The notes: generated from the sequence alone by a model not told the origin. A DNA stretch of 64,000 nucleotides from an uncultured Muribaculaceae bacterium (GCA_964616645.1 CAZTUM010000001.1:9318-73317), one strand, 5' to 3'. Positions 28,610-39,200 are shown, numbered from the stretch's first letter. Numbers and translations are program-made.

Positions 28610-31482
28610 AATAAATCACCAAAGTATTCTTGCATTTGTGCATCTGTTAAGTTAAAGAATGATTTAGTTTGTTTAAGCATAATTGGTGTCCTTTTTTTTA
28701 CATAGTTTTTTAATCTTTCTACATTAGATATCCAATTATCATAACTTATATTCCATCTTTCACAGTTGCGAGGCATTTCTTTTTTATATATTTCATATAA
28801 TTCTTCTATTTTATTTAATAATTTTTCTTCTGTCCATATATTATTTAAATTATAAGATAGTCTTTCTACATATCTTGTTTTAAATTCTTCGTTTTTCATT
28901 AAGTTTCTTAGTAGAGTTGTTGGTACTTTTAGTCTACTCATTGGAGTTGTACTTGTTGAAAATTGATAATAGTTTTTAGTTACATTAAACATTGCCCAGT
29001 CTAAATCATAAAATATTGCTCGTAGTTTCCCATCAGATACATCTGGGTGTGAATAAAATCTGGCATTAACTATATCATTGTTTGTAGTATATGTTTCTGC
29101 AATCCAGAAATCTATTAAACTGTCTATATCAATTTTTGTTTTTATATATTCATAATTCTTTGTATCAGACATATTGTGAGTGCTAGTATAATTTACAATA
29201 TCTTTATACCAAGTGGTACTTCCACATGTGACATTATAATCTATTCTTGTTATATTTACATTTTCTTTATCTACATTATAATGATTAGATATAAATTCTG
29301 ATTCTATTTTTTCTCTAATATTATATATTCCCCAGTATTCTCCATTAATATATAGAATAATTGTTTTATATGCTTGAACATCTACAGTATCTAAATCTTC
29401 TAGGGTTGAGGTCATAAATATATCAGAAAAAGCTGCATATTCATAGTCAGTTGAAGCACTTCTTATAACTAATGTGTTAAATGATGAGAAGTCACGATTA
29501 TCAAAAACTTGATAGTTTAATTTACTTGCTCCATATTTACTTCTAAATTTTAGTTTAAAGCTTTTTTTAGGTAGTCCTCTGGTAGTACCTCCAAATAATT
29601 GAAATCCACATGAAATGTTAAAACTCCCATCTTCCTCAAAAAGCTCTGCATTCGCAGGTACTTCTAAGTCATTATCCCAAGAGGAATTATGTACTTTGTT
29701 AAAATCGCTTTTGTTTAATGATATGGACATTACTGGTACTGTATGATTTTCATTTATTATATAAGAGGATGTTTTTATTTCACTAGGAAGTTTATCTTCT
29801 TCATAACTTATTGCTTTTAATACTGTTGTCTTTGTAAGAAAAAGAGGACTTGTATATTTTTTAGATGTTTTATTTGGATTACTACCATCTAATGTATAAT
29901 ATATTGTCCCATTTCCTGTTAATTCTACACTAATTTGTTCAACATTATTATATATACCTGGAGTAACGCTCACTTCTGGAGCGTATGCTATTGAATTTAC
30001 TCCTTTTGCATTATTTTTCTTAGGAGTTGGAGTAGAAAAATAACATATTCCTTTATCTTCACATTTGCCTATACTATAATCTAATGGTACATTTGATACA
30101 AATATTGAATCTATTATTTTATTTTCTTTTACTAGATATATACTTTCTATTTCAGATATTTTAAAATTTGTATGGTTATAAGTGTTATTTGATAGATTAG
30201 TATCTCCTGATGCCATTAAGATATAATATTCTCCTGGTTTTAGATTGACATCTGGTAAATTATACATATCTTTTATACTTTCTTTGGTAGTTAGATAATA
30301 ATTTTTTAAATTTATTGTACTTTTACTAGTGTTTTTTATCTCTATCCAGTCATAATAACTGCCTCCGTTTTGAGGTAAATAGGAATTATTTTCATTCATA
30401 ACTTCGTTTATAACTAAATCATTATTAGTATTATTTATAGTTTCGTTATATTTTTTTATTCCTGTTTTATCGTTTGCATATCCTGGAGTAATATTACTTC
30501 CTTGATAGAAGGTATCATTTTCTTTTATATAAGCAAATCCATTAGGTAAATCTTCATATTCTATTATATCTACTATTTTGTTTTTGTTTGATAGTATTAC
30601 TTGACCTTTCTTTTCTAACAATTTAAATGATGTGTAGTTATCTTGACTACTATTTGTACCTGTATAAAAGAGGTATATTTCTCCTTTTTTTAAAGATATA
30701 TCTGGCAAATTATATTTATATGGTGTATTAATATCGTTAGATAAACTATATGTTTTTAAATTAACTGTATCATTAGAAGTATTAATAATTTCAATATATC
30801 CTGGGAAATCTCCTTCTTCGGTCATAAAATTACCTTTATTTCTTGGTAATATTTCATTAATTTTTATTGTATTTTCTTCTTCATATAAACTATTTATATA
30901 TTCATTACTACCTTCTTGGGTATTAGGATATCCAGGTGTTGGGGTTTTAGAAGTATATAGATTACCATTTAAATCTCTTGCTATTGTTTCGTTTTTATCA
31001 AGTGGTGTTACATCAATTGCATCTAGTACTTTGCCATTTGATTTCGTAAGTACTATAGTTTCTCCTCCGTTGGAACTTAATTTAAAGTTTGCATATAATC
31101 CTTCTTTATTTTCTCCTGTTAAATATACTATTAGGTATGATTTAGATTTAATTGTAGTGTCAGGGAACAACCATTTAATTTTGGTTTCATCATCAGACAA
31201 ACCATAGTTTTTTAAGTTTATATCATGACTAGAACCATTATATAGTTCTATCCAATCATATAAATTACCTTCTTTATCTGCATATGCACCTTTATTTGAA
31301 GACATCACTTCATTTATTATAAGTTTGTCAATATTTGGTTCTCCAGATGATGCATTTTCTTTTTCTTCTAACTTTTTACTTGTATTTTTATCTGCTAAAA
31401 TTCCTATAGTTATACCTAGTATTACTAATATTAGACATATTATAATAAATTTTCTATTTTGGTATAAAAATTTTCTATTCAT
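28606..31482 (-). CDS. cotH: CotH-family atypical kinase with an N-terminal signal anchor and three lamin-tail domains (LTDs).
   Basis: Three LTD-like repeats (DWIELYNGSSHDINLKNYGLSD, GYIEIINTSNDTVNLKTYSLSND, DWIEIKNTSKSTINLKNYYLTT), and a C-terminal CotH domain with FYSHPDVSDGKLRAIFYDLDWAMF. Confidence 0.8.
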   Translation of the reverse strand: MNRKFLYQNRKFIIICLILVILGITIGILADKNTSKKLEEKENASSGEPNIDKLIINEVMSSNKGAYADKEGNLYDWIELYNGSSHDINLKNYGLSDDETKIKWLFPDTTIKSKSYLIVYLTGENKEGLYANFKLSSNGGETIVLTKSNGKVLDAIDVTPLDKNETIARDLNGNLYTSKTPTPGYPNTQEGSNEYINSLYEEENTIKINEILPRNKGNFMTEEGDFPGYIEIINTSNDTVNLKTYSLSNDINTPYKYNLPDISLKKGEIYLFYTGTNSSQDNYTSFKLLEKKGQVILSNKNKIVDIIEYEDLPNGFAYIKENDTFYQGSNITPGYANDKTGIKKYNETINNTNNDLVINEVMNENNSYLPQNGGSYYDWIEIKNTSKSTINLKNYYLTTKESIKDMYNLPDVNLKPGEYYILMASGDTNLSNNTYNHTNFKISEIESIYLVKENKIIDSIFVSNVPLDYSIGKCEDKGICYFSTPTPKKNNAKGVNSIAYAPEVSVTPGIYNNVEQISVELTGNGTIYYTLDGSNPNKTSKKYTSPLFLTKTTVLKAISYEEDKLPSEIKTSSYIINENHTVPVMSISLNKSDFNKVHNSSWDNDLEVPANAELFEEDGSFNISCGFQLFGGTTRGLPKKSFKLKFRSKYGASKLNYQVFDNRDFSSFNTLVIRSASTDYEYAAFSDIFMTSTLEDLDTVDVQAYKTIILYINGEYWGIYNIREKIESEFISNHYNVDKENVNITRIDYNVTCGSTTWYKDIVNYTSTHNMSDTKNYEYIKTKIDIDSLIDFWIAETYTTNNDIVNARFYSHPDVSDGKLRAIFYDLDWAMFNVTKNYYQFSTSTTPMSRLKVPTTLLRNLMKNEEFKTRYVERLSYNLNNIWTEEKLLNKIEELYEIYKKEMPRNCERWNISYDNWISNVERLKNYVKKRTPIMLKQTKSFFNLTDAQMQEYFGDLL

Positions 31483-31565
31483 AGGGTACTCCTTTAACTT
31501 TTTATTCTTACTTTATTATGGTACCATAATATGTCATTTTTTTCAAGGTTAATATATGGCATTTC

Positions 31566-31604
31566 AGTAAAAAAGACTAAAGTAATTTTTTTATACTCAA
31601 GTCT
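31566..31604 (-). terminator. Imperfect hairpin terminator (possibly bidirectional) separating the T7SS-locus genes from the cotH operon.
   Basis: agactaaagta ... tactcaagtct (9 of 11 bp pair), flanked by an A-run and a T-run. Confidence 0.4.
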
Positions 31605-31616
31605 TTTTTTCTTAAT

Positions 31617-31988
31617 TTAACTATTTTGTGATAGTGGAAGTTCTAAATCATTAATTACACTATTTTCAGTATTTGTATTAGGTGATGAAGTTGATATTGC
31701 TGATGTATTTTCAATTTTTTCATTTACTATATTGGTTAAATGAGTTATAAAATCATTTTGCTCTTCGTCCATCAAACCATAGTAAAACAGTTTATCTATG
31801 TCACTATGATTAAATAACATAGCGGTTTTGGAATCCATTACTCCCTCTGGAAATAAACATCCACTGTAGTCATAAGTTATTTCGTTACCATTAGCTAAAA
31901 CAGTTGGATAATATCCTATAACCATCACTCTTTTATTTGCCTCTTTTAACAAAACTACTGACCCAATTGATAATAATTTTTTATTCAT
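31617..31988 (-). CDS. DUF4176-family protein (associated with T7SSb loci).
   Basis: Paralogous to ORF 32443-32763 (LGSVVLLK..KR.M.G....Y.GCL.PEG....). Confidence 0.55.
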   Translation of the reverse strand: MNKKLLSIGSVVLLKEANKRVMVIGYYPTVLANGNEITYDYSGCLFPEGVMDSKTAMLFNHSDIDKLFYYGLMDEEQNDFITHLTNIVNEKIENTSAISTSSPNTNTENSVINDLELPLSQNS

Positions 31989-32004
31989 TTTACTAAAATC
32001 CTTT

Positions 32005-32421
32005 CTATCTTGTTTTATTCTTACTCATTTGTGCTATTTCTGTTTCTAAATTATAATCTATTTTATTTACATCTTTATTATCTATAATCCATTGTTTCCA
32101 AAATTCAAATCTTTTTAAATCAAAATTAAATAATAAATTTGAAGATAAATTATTCAATACTTTCGTTGCTAGTGGATAAATTAATCTGTTTTTCTCTACT
32201 AATTTTTTCATTACGTTAGGAGTCATATATATGCCAAATGGTGGCTCATCATCCGAAAAATATGGACAAGCTACATAAACTCTTTCTCCAAAACTCAATA
32301 TTGAAAAATCTAATGAACTATATATTTCTCTTACCATTTCTTGGTCAAAATATGGCTGCATTTTTTGATAAAATTTTTTCTTGTCTGACTCTTTTTGTTG
32401 ATAAAATAATTCTTTATTCAT
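32005..32421 (-). CDS. Hypothetical cytoplasmic protein, a candidate immunity protein.
   Basis: 138 aa, no TM helix, nested between two DUF4176 genes downstream of the putative effector. Confidence 0.35.
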   Translation of the reverse strand: MNKELFYQQKESDKKKFYQKMQPYFDQEMVREIYSSLDFSILSFGERVYVACPYFSDDEPPFGIYMTPNVMKKLVEKNRLIYPLATKVLNNLSSNLLFNFDLKRFEFWKQWIIDNKDVNKIDYNLETEIAQMSKNKTR

Positions 32422-32442
32422 TTTTTTCTCTCCTTTAATCTA

Positions 32443-32763
32443 TTAATTTTGTGTGTTATTTTGGCTATTTTTATTTAACATACTATCTAAAAAATTTATA
32501 TATCTTTTGTGTTCATCATCACAATATCCTATAGCATATATTGTACTTATATCTTTATGATCAAATAACAAATTTTTATCTGAGGATTGTATACCTTCTG
32601 GATAAAGGCATCCTATATAATCCCATATTTTGTCTTGATTTTCATTAGCCTTAATTGCAAAACCAGTAATCATAATCCTTTTTTTTGCATTTTTAATCAA
32701 AACCACACTCCCTAAGGGTAAGTATTTTTTATATTTATCATTCATATTTATTTTCCCTTTCAT
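32443..32763 (-). CDS. DUF4176-family protein (associated with T7SSb loci).
   Basis: PLGSVVLIKNAKKRIMITGF...IGCLYPEGI pattern. Confidence 0.55.
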   Translation of the reverse strand: MKGKINMNDKYKKYLPLGSVVLIKNAKKRIMITGFAIKANENQDKIWDYIGCLYPEGIQSSDKNLLFDHKDISTIYAIGYCDDEHKRYINFLDSMLNKNSQNNTQN

Positions 32764-32874
32764 TTACTATCTTAATATTAACACCCTGGATTAATTATAT
32801 TAAATTATATATGTTTTGAATTATCCAGTCCATATTATATTAATATTTTTATAAAATTGTATTTAATTAAAGAT

Positions 32875-34851
32875 TTAATTATCTTCATAAATAATTTCAT
32901 CATATGCCCATTCTATTGCTTTACTACTAACTTTAGTTGCATATTTGTTAACGATACCACTATCAAGTATGTCGATAAGCACGTTAGATTCATGCTTTGT
33001 AGCCATCGTTATGTTCACCGTAGTTGCTGATTCATAAGTTGCGGACCCTATGTCTTCGGATAGCTTATCCATTCCCAGTTCTTCCATCATTTGCTTTGTT
33101 TCATTTGTATCTAATTGCATTTCTTCTGTTTTCGCTATATTTGTTTTTACTTGTTCTGTTGCTTTATCTACTAGAGGATTAACGATAGTTGTATTAACTG
33201 TTGTAACAACCCCAGCTTTAATAGCTTCTGATGTTGCAGCACTAAAATCAAATTCACCATCCAATGATATACTAGCATATTCTTTTAAATATTCCTTACC
33301 CATTGATGTTCCTACTTTAGTAACTAAGCCTGATGTTCTTGGACTGCTTATACCCAATCTATTATCAATTGCATCGGAAAGAGCTTTTGAGCCTTCGCCG
33401 TATGTTAAATATGTAGCTCCAACCTCTATTGCACCTAATGCCATTCCATAGCTAGATGCTGTATCAAAATCATATCCTTTATTAAGTGCTCCTTCAGTCC
33501 CTTTGCCAATAGCTCTTAATCCATTTGTCGCGCATTTCATCGCTACTCCACCTGGCAAATATAATATTGCAATTGTTCCTGTTGTTTCTCCTATCCATTC
33601 ACCCACTGAATGCCAATTAGAATATGCAGATACACTATTTAAATGTGCTGATGCTATTAAATCATAAGTTTCTTCTGCATAATTTACTGACACAAAATCT
33701 TCTGCCCATGTAGCAGTAGGTATGAAGGGCCTATCTAATAATCTTCCTAATACCGTTACTATACCGTCAGTTATTTCTTCAAATATGTGCAAAACACCAC
33801 AACCAGTACTAGCTCCCAAAGTTTTTGTATTTTCTACGATCTTTGAGAAAGTGTTCATATTATACCAATTTATTTCATCTTCTGTTGCAATACCCATTTT
33901 CATTTTTTGATTTATTATTTTTTCTTCTACGTCTTTTGCGGAAGTGTGAATATCATACATTTCAATGTCTTTCTCTGTTGCATTACCCAATTTTATGTCA
34001 ATTTCTATTTTCGGCCAATTACAGTTAAGTTCTTTATCTTGCTCTTGTATTATATATAATTTATTTAATGTTATATTATCTTTTAAATCGTTTAATCGTT
34101 CTTTTTCTTCATTTGTTAAATTACCTTTAAAGTTATAGTAATCAATTTCATACTCTAATAATTGGTTTTCTTCCACATAATAGGAATATGTTCCTGGAGT
34201 TTTATCAGATAAAATACTTCTTTGAGTCATTATGCTTAGCTGTATTGATGTATATTTATCTATTTGCTTTATTTGTTCAGCCTTTTCATCATCTGTTAAA
34301 TTAGTAGATAAATTTATTAAATTTTTTTCACATTTTGCTTTTTTTTCTAAATCTTGCCTCTTAAAATGATAATCTCCATTTGATTTATATGTTGCCATTC
34401 TATCTTCTATACGATACAATTCTGCTAAATTCCTTCGGACTTCTAATTCTTGTTTCATCTCATCATTTAACATCCCTGATTTTTCATATTTTTCTAACAT
34501 ATCCATGAGAATTTGGTTGTATTCTCTAGCATACGCATCCATTTGAATACTATATTGCATTTTTTCTGCTTCTGTCATATTAGTATCAATTGTTGAATTT
34601 TCTGTAAATTCTTGCAATAATGTCATATATTCACTAGAAAATTTTTCATTTTCCATTAGGCTTGATTTAGCTGCATCAACTTTAGTTATTAAATCTTTTA
34701 TGTCATTGTAACACTTATAAATTAATTCATTTATACCATCTTCTGATGCTAAATTTTCCGCTACTTCCCCTATACATCTATGTATTAACGTATTAGCACA
34801 AGAAAGCTTATTATAAGCACTGAGGAATAGTCTTGCTTCAGTTTTAAACAT
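32875..34851 (-). CDS. Putative T7SS substrate or effector. The N-terminal half is helical and LXG-like; the C-terminal region is Gly/Ala/Thr-rich.
   Basis: 658 aa, with no signal peptide. It sits downstream of WXG-like and small helper genes. The C-terminus is compositionally distinct, with a run of GxxxG-like spacings. Confidence 0.4.
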   Translation of the reverse strand: MFKTEARLFLSAYNKLSCANTLIHRCIGEVAENLASEDGINELIYKCYNDIKDLITKVDAAKSSLMENEKFSSEYMTLLQEFTENSTIDTNMTEAEKMQYSIQMDAYAREYNQILMDMLEKYEKSGMLNDEMKQELEVRRNLAELYRIEDRMATYKSNGDYHFKRQDLEKKAKCEKNLINLSTNLTDDEKAEQIKQIDKYTSIQLSIMTQRSILSDKTPGTYSYYVEENQLLEYEIDYYNFKGNLTNEEKERLNDLKDNITLNKLYIIQEQDKELNCNWPKIEIDIKLGNATEKDIEMYDIHTSAKDVEEKIINQKMKMGIATEDEINWYNMNTFSKIVENTKTLGASTGCGVLHIFEEITDGIVTVLGRLLDRPFIPTATWAEDFVSVNYAEETYDLIASAHLNSVSAYSNWHSVGEWIGETTGTIAILYLPGGVAMKCATNGLRAIGKGTEGALNKGYDFDTASSYGMALGAIEVGATYLTYGEGSKALSDAIDNRLGISSPRTSGLVTKVGTSMGKEYLKEYASISLDGEFDFSAATSEAIKAGVVTTVNTTIVNPLVDKATEQVKTNIAKTEEMQLDTNETKQMMEELGMDKLSEDIGSATYESATTVNITMATKHESNVLIDILDSGIVNKYATKVSSKAIEWAYDEIIYEDN

Positions 34852-34868
34852 AATGTTAACTCCTTTTT

Positions 34869-35198
34869 TTAAAATCTAATCCTAATTAAGGAAGATATTT
34901 TTTCAGTGCGGATTCTATTTTGTAATTTTGATATTTTTTCATTATAACTGTTAATCTTATTAGATGCGATATCAATAAAATTATCTGTGGATGTTGCACA
35001 TTTGTTAAATAGCCCCGCCTGAAGAGGAACATCATTTAAAACATGCCCACCATTTTTAAAATCTAATTTTGCTTCGTTTAAATATGACTGACATTCTTTT
35101 ATTTTTGAAATTAAATTATTAAGATAATTTATTTTTGTATTGTAATCTGAAATTTTTTTTTCTAATCGTGCTACTTCTGCTTCAGTTAGTTTGTCCAT
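34869..35198 (-). CDS. Small coiled-coil helper protein (YwqH/DUF5082-like, Lap-like targeting factor).
   Basis: 109 aa with a predicted helical hairpin, immediately upstream of the large putative effector. Confidence 0.35.
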   Translation of the reverse strand: MDKLTEAEVARLEKKISDYNTKINYLNNLISKIKECQSYLNEAKLDFKNGGHVLNDVPLQAGLFNKCATSTDNFIDIASNKINSYNEKISKLQNRIRTEKISSLIRIRF

Positions 35199-35260
35199 AA
35201 ATATTCCTCCACTTAATTCTAAAACAAGATGATATTTAAATCATCTTGTTAAAATAAACA

Positions 35261-35875
35261 CTATAATAATTGTTTTTTATTTTCAGCAACTATATTTAAA
35301 TTATCTCTAACTTTAGTTATTTGGCTCTTATAATCAGCTACATTATTATTGAAATTTTCAAATGTTGATATTACTTCTGCTCTATTAGAACCATCTAACC
35401 AATTATTTAGTAAATTATTTTTTGATTCATTTAATGTATTTACAAAATTTTCAAATGTTGTTGGAAAATTTGTAAATGCTTCTGCATCCGCTATTATTGC
35501 TGGATCAGTCCAACTTTCTACAGTTTCAGTAGGTACAGCTATAACTGAATCAACATTAAGTGTTACTGCTAATTCATTCCCAATTGTACAAGTTCCTCCA
35601 CTTGCTACAATATGTTTTTGTAATGGAAGTACTTCGTTGTTATTAACACTAACTATAATTTTTTGTAAATTTTTAACTAAGTCTGTTACTGCAGTATATA
35701 CTTTAGATAAATCAGTTAAATTTGCAACTGCGTCAGACCCTTTCCAATGACTTTTTAAGTTTTCTATAGTTTGAGAAAAACTAGTAATTAAATCTTTCCC
35801 TGTTGTATTTGTTACATTAAACATTTCTTCTGCTTGAGTTCCAACTGTATTTGGATTTACGCAATGTATTGCCAT
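35261..35875 (-). CDS. Tandem WXG100-like protein (two fused EsxA-like helical hairpins).
   Basis: HWKGSD (W-x-G) at about residue 43, and a second W-containing turn, NWLDGSN, at about residue 150. There is no signal peptide, and the gene is adjacent to EssC. Confidence 0.5.
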   Translation of the reverse strand: MAIHCVNPNTVGTQAEEMFNVTNTTGKDLITSFSQTIENLKSHWKGSDAVANLTDLSKVYTAVTDLVKNLQKIIVSVNNNEVLPLQKHIVASGGTCTIGNELAVTLNVDSVIAVPTETVESWTDPAIIADAEAFTNFPTTFENFVNTLNESKNNLLNNWLDGSNRAEVISTFENFNNNVADYKSQITKVRDNLNIVAENKKQLL

Positions 35876-36021
35876 AGTTAACCACTCTCCCTTACTCTAT
35901 ATGACAATTTTTATGAAACACCATTTTGGAGTATCATTATCTTAATTATAATACACCAAGTTGGTGTTCGTCAAGACAAAATTATGCTAAAAGTGATATT
36001 TTTGTCTTGGGTGATTAAATT

Positions 36022-36252
36022 ATGATTGGAAAAACTTTAAAATATATGCGTGTTAAAAAAGGATTAAATCAAAAAGAATTAGGAAAATTAATAAATTTAA
36101 ATCAACAAAGTTTATCTAGGTATGAAAAAAATCAAAGGATTATCTCCTTTGATATGATAGAAAAAATAGCAAACAGCTGTGGGTACCAAATATATTTTGA
36201 AAATGATAATGAAAGATTTCAAATAAAAGATATTGAAAGAAAAATTGATTGA
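36022..36252 (+). CDS. XRE-family helix-turn-helix transcriptional regulator.
   Basis: LKYMRVKKGLNQKELGKLINLNQQSLSRYEKNQR is a classic Cro/C1 HTH. Confidence 0.7.
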   Translation: MIGKTLKYMRVKKGLNQKELGKLINLNQQSLSRYEKNQRIISFDMIEKIANSCGYQIYFENDNERFQIKDIERKID

Positions 36253-36292
36253 TTAATAATAAATCCAAAAATATTTTATTACCTATTTATAA

Positions 36293-39200
36293 TTACATTT
36301 TTTCTACTATTTTAATAAATTTAACTTGTCCATTTTCTACTATATATCCATAGTTATTACCTATAATAGTATAGTAATCTTGAGTTACTTTGGTAGGTTT
36401 AATTAAGTATTGTTCTGCAAATCCATCTCCTACCCATAAACCAGAACTTGGATTTATTGATGCTTTATACCATGATTCAAATTCATAAGGTTTAAATCCT
36501 GATGGTATATCTATAAATATAAAATGTACTTTTAATGTTTCTTTTGATTTATTTAAAATATTAATAAATATATCTTTATCTTTATTAGATAATGTACTTA
36601 TAAATTTATCAAAGCCAATAATAACACACATTATGTCTTCTATATTTTTTATAGCTCTAATATTATTGTTATTATTTTTTAATACTTCATCTACATTATT
36701 AACAAATTTATTTACATTATTTAGCATTTCTGTATAATTATTATTTAAATATTTTATTTTCTTAAAATCACTATTTTCATATATATATTTAGCATCCATT
36801 ACAAGGGTATTTGTATTACTATTATCTAAAATACGTAAGAATTTATCTATAAATGATATATTTTCATCTAATTCTCTAAAACTAATTAGATAACTTAATT
36901 CATCTTTCAATTTTATACTAGCTACACCTAAAGTCTTTTTTATCATACCAACAGGTATGAAATTTAATCCTATTTCTCCTTTAGCTATATGCTTAAATTC
37001 TACTTCTTTAGGTAGTACTGGTATTGGTTTCATCTTTGTTTTGTAGGTCATAAATGTTTTTATTGAAGTAGCTAGAATATTTTTATATAACTCATCTTTA
37101 TCAAATGCATAAGCAGTTTGAAATTCTAATACTCTATCTTTCTTAAATAAACCTCTACCATATAGTTTAGATGGTACTATACCATTAGTATTTCCATATA
37201 TACTTCTATAATCAAATTCATTGTTAAGTTGTAGGGAGTATATTGTTTTAAATGTTTGTAATAATTTACTCTTTACTCCGTTTATAGAACTAACTGTAAG
37301 TATAAAGTATATACCAAACTTATTAGCTTCACGGGTTAATTCATATAGTTTTTCTGATTCATTATTATAAAGCTCTGAGAATACATCAAATTGATTTATA
37401 ATTATTACAAGATTAGGTATTTTTTGTTCTGATTTAGATATAAAGTCTTTATAATTACCATTAAATTGTAAGAATTTTTTTCTTCTAAAATCTATTTCGG
37501 TTTTAATATACTTAAATAAGTTTTCTAATTTTTCATCTTCTCCAGAATGTACTATATCTCCTACATGTGAACTATCAATAAAATTATTTAATACTTCTGT
37601 ACCAAAATCTAGTATATAAATACCTAATTCTTCTGGTGTATATGTGGTTATTAATGAATAAATTAAAGTTGTTAGAAACAGTTCTTTACCACTTCCACTT
37701 GCTCCATAAAGTAAGAAGTTTCCTTCGTTGCTAAGCGGAACAGTAAGTATATTTTGTTGTTGTTTGTGTGGTTCATCATATTCACCAACTATTGGATTTA
37801 AAACAAAGTTTTCTTTTTGATAATTATACTTTGCTTTTAATTTATCAACATAAATTGTTTTTGGAATACTCCCTAACCATAGTGGGGTTATTTTTAATTT
37901 TTGGGTTTTTGATGTTTCTATTATGTAATTAAGTATATTAGGAAGTTCTTCTCCTTTATGTACAAATTGTGTATTATTTTTTTCTATATTAGATTTTTTT
38001 ATTATAGCCCCTATATCATCTACAAAATCTATTGTAGAATCTACTAAAGTTATTTTTTTATCGCTTTCATAATAAGGCATACCTGCATAAGCACTTTGTC
38101 CTAATGCAAAGAATTCATTATAACCTACTTGTAAATAGAATCTTCCTGTATCTTTTAGCATTACTGCCTCTGGACGTTTTAACATATCGTTTGAATCTGT
38201 TTTATCTTGTACTTTTAAGCATATTCTAAATTTAGAGTTAGACCAAATTTGGTCATCAACTACACCACTTGGTTTTTGAGTTGCTAGTATGAGGTGTACC
38301 CCCAAGGAACGGCCTATACGTGCTGTTGAAATTAATTCATCCATAAACTCTGGTTGTTGGCTTTTAAGTTCTGCAAACTCATCACTTATTATAAATAAAT
38401 GACTCATTGGCTCATCTAGTTTACCTGCTCTATAAAGTTCTTGATATTTATAAATATCCATACTGCTTTCATTTAATTTTTCACGGGCTTGTTTAAACAT
38501 GGTCTGTCTTCTTTTAAGTTCACTATTAATACTAGCTAAACTTCTTTTTATTTCAACTACATCCAAATTAGTAAGAGTCCCTACTACGTGTGGAAGTTTT
38601 ACGCCTGTTTCTCTATTATCAAATGTAAGAGCAAGTCCACCCCCTTTATAATCTATAAGTACAAATTGTACTTCTTCTGGACTATAATTTACCGCCATGG
38701 AAAGTATATAAGTTATTATCCACTCTGATTTACCACTTCCTGTCATACCAGCAACAAGTCCATGTGGTCCATGTGCTTTTTCGTGTAAATCAAGTTTAAA
38801 TAATTCTCCTTGTTCATCTATTCCTACAGGAGCTTCTAATGATTTTGTTATATTATTTTCTTTCCATCTATTAATTATATTTAATTGATTAACATTTCCT
38901 ACATCAAACATTTCTAAAAAACCATATTTTTTAGGAAGTACAAATTTACCACTATTAATATCCATAGGTATATTACTTATTTTTGTAATGCAGTTATTTA
39001 ATGAAAAGTTTACTATATCAGGTTTAAATGCAATTTGATTATCTGATGACATTTGATTAGTAAATATACCACTTAATCCATAAGCTGCATTTATAAACAT
39101 ACTACACTCATTAGGGATAGTATTAAGTTTATTATCACTCATTATTATACTATAACCTAAATTAACTTGACTTTTTAATATTTCACTAATAAAAGAATTA

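Noticed and set aside
31483-31616. A small-RNA gene between cotH and the T7SS genes.
   Set aside because: The region is adequately explained by an imperfect terminator hairpin plus the cotH promoter and RBS. There is no conserved structure I can recognise.
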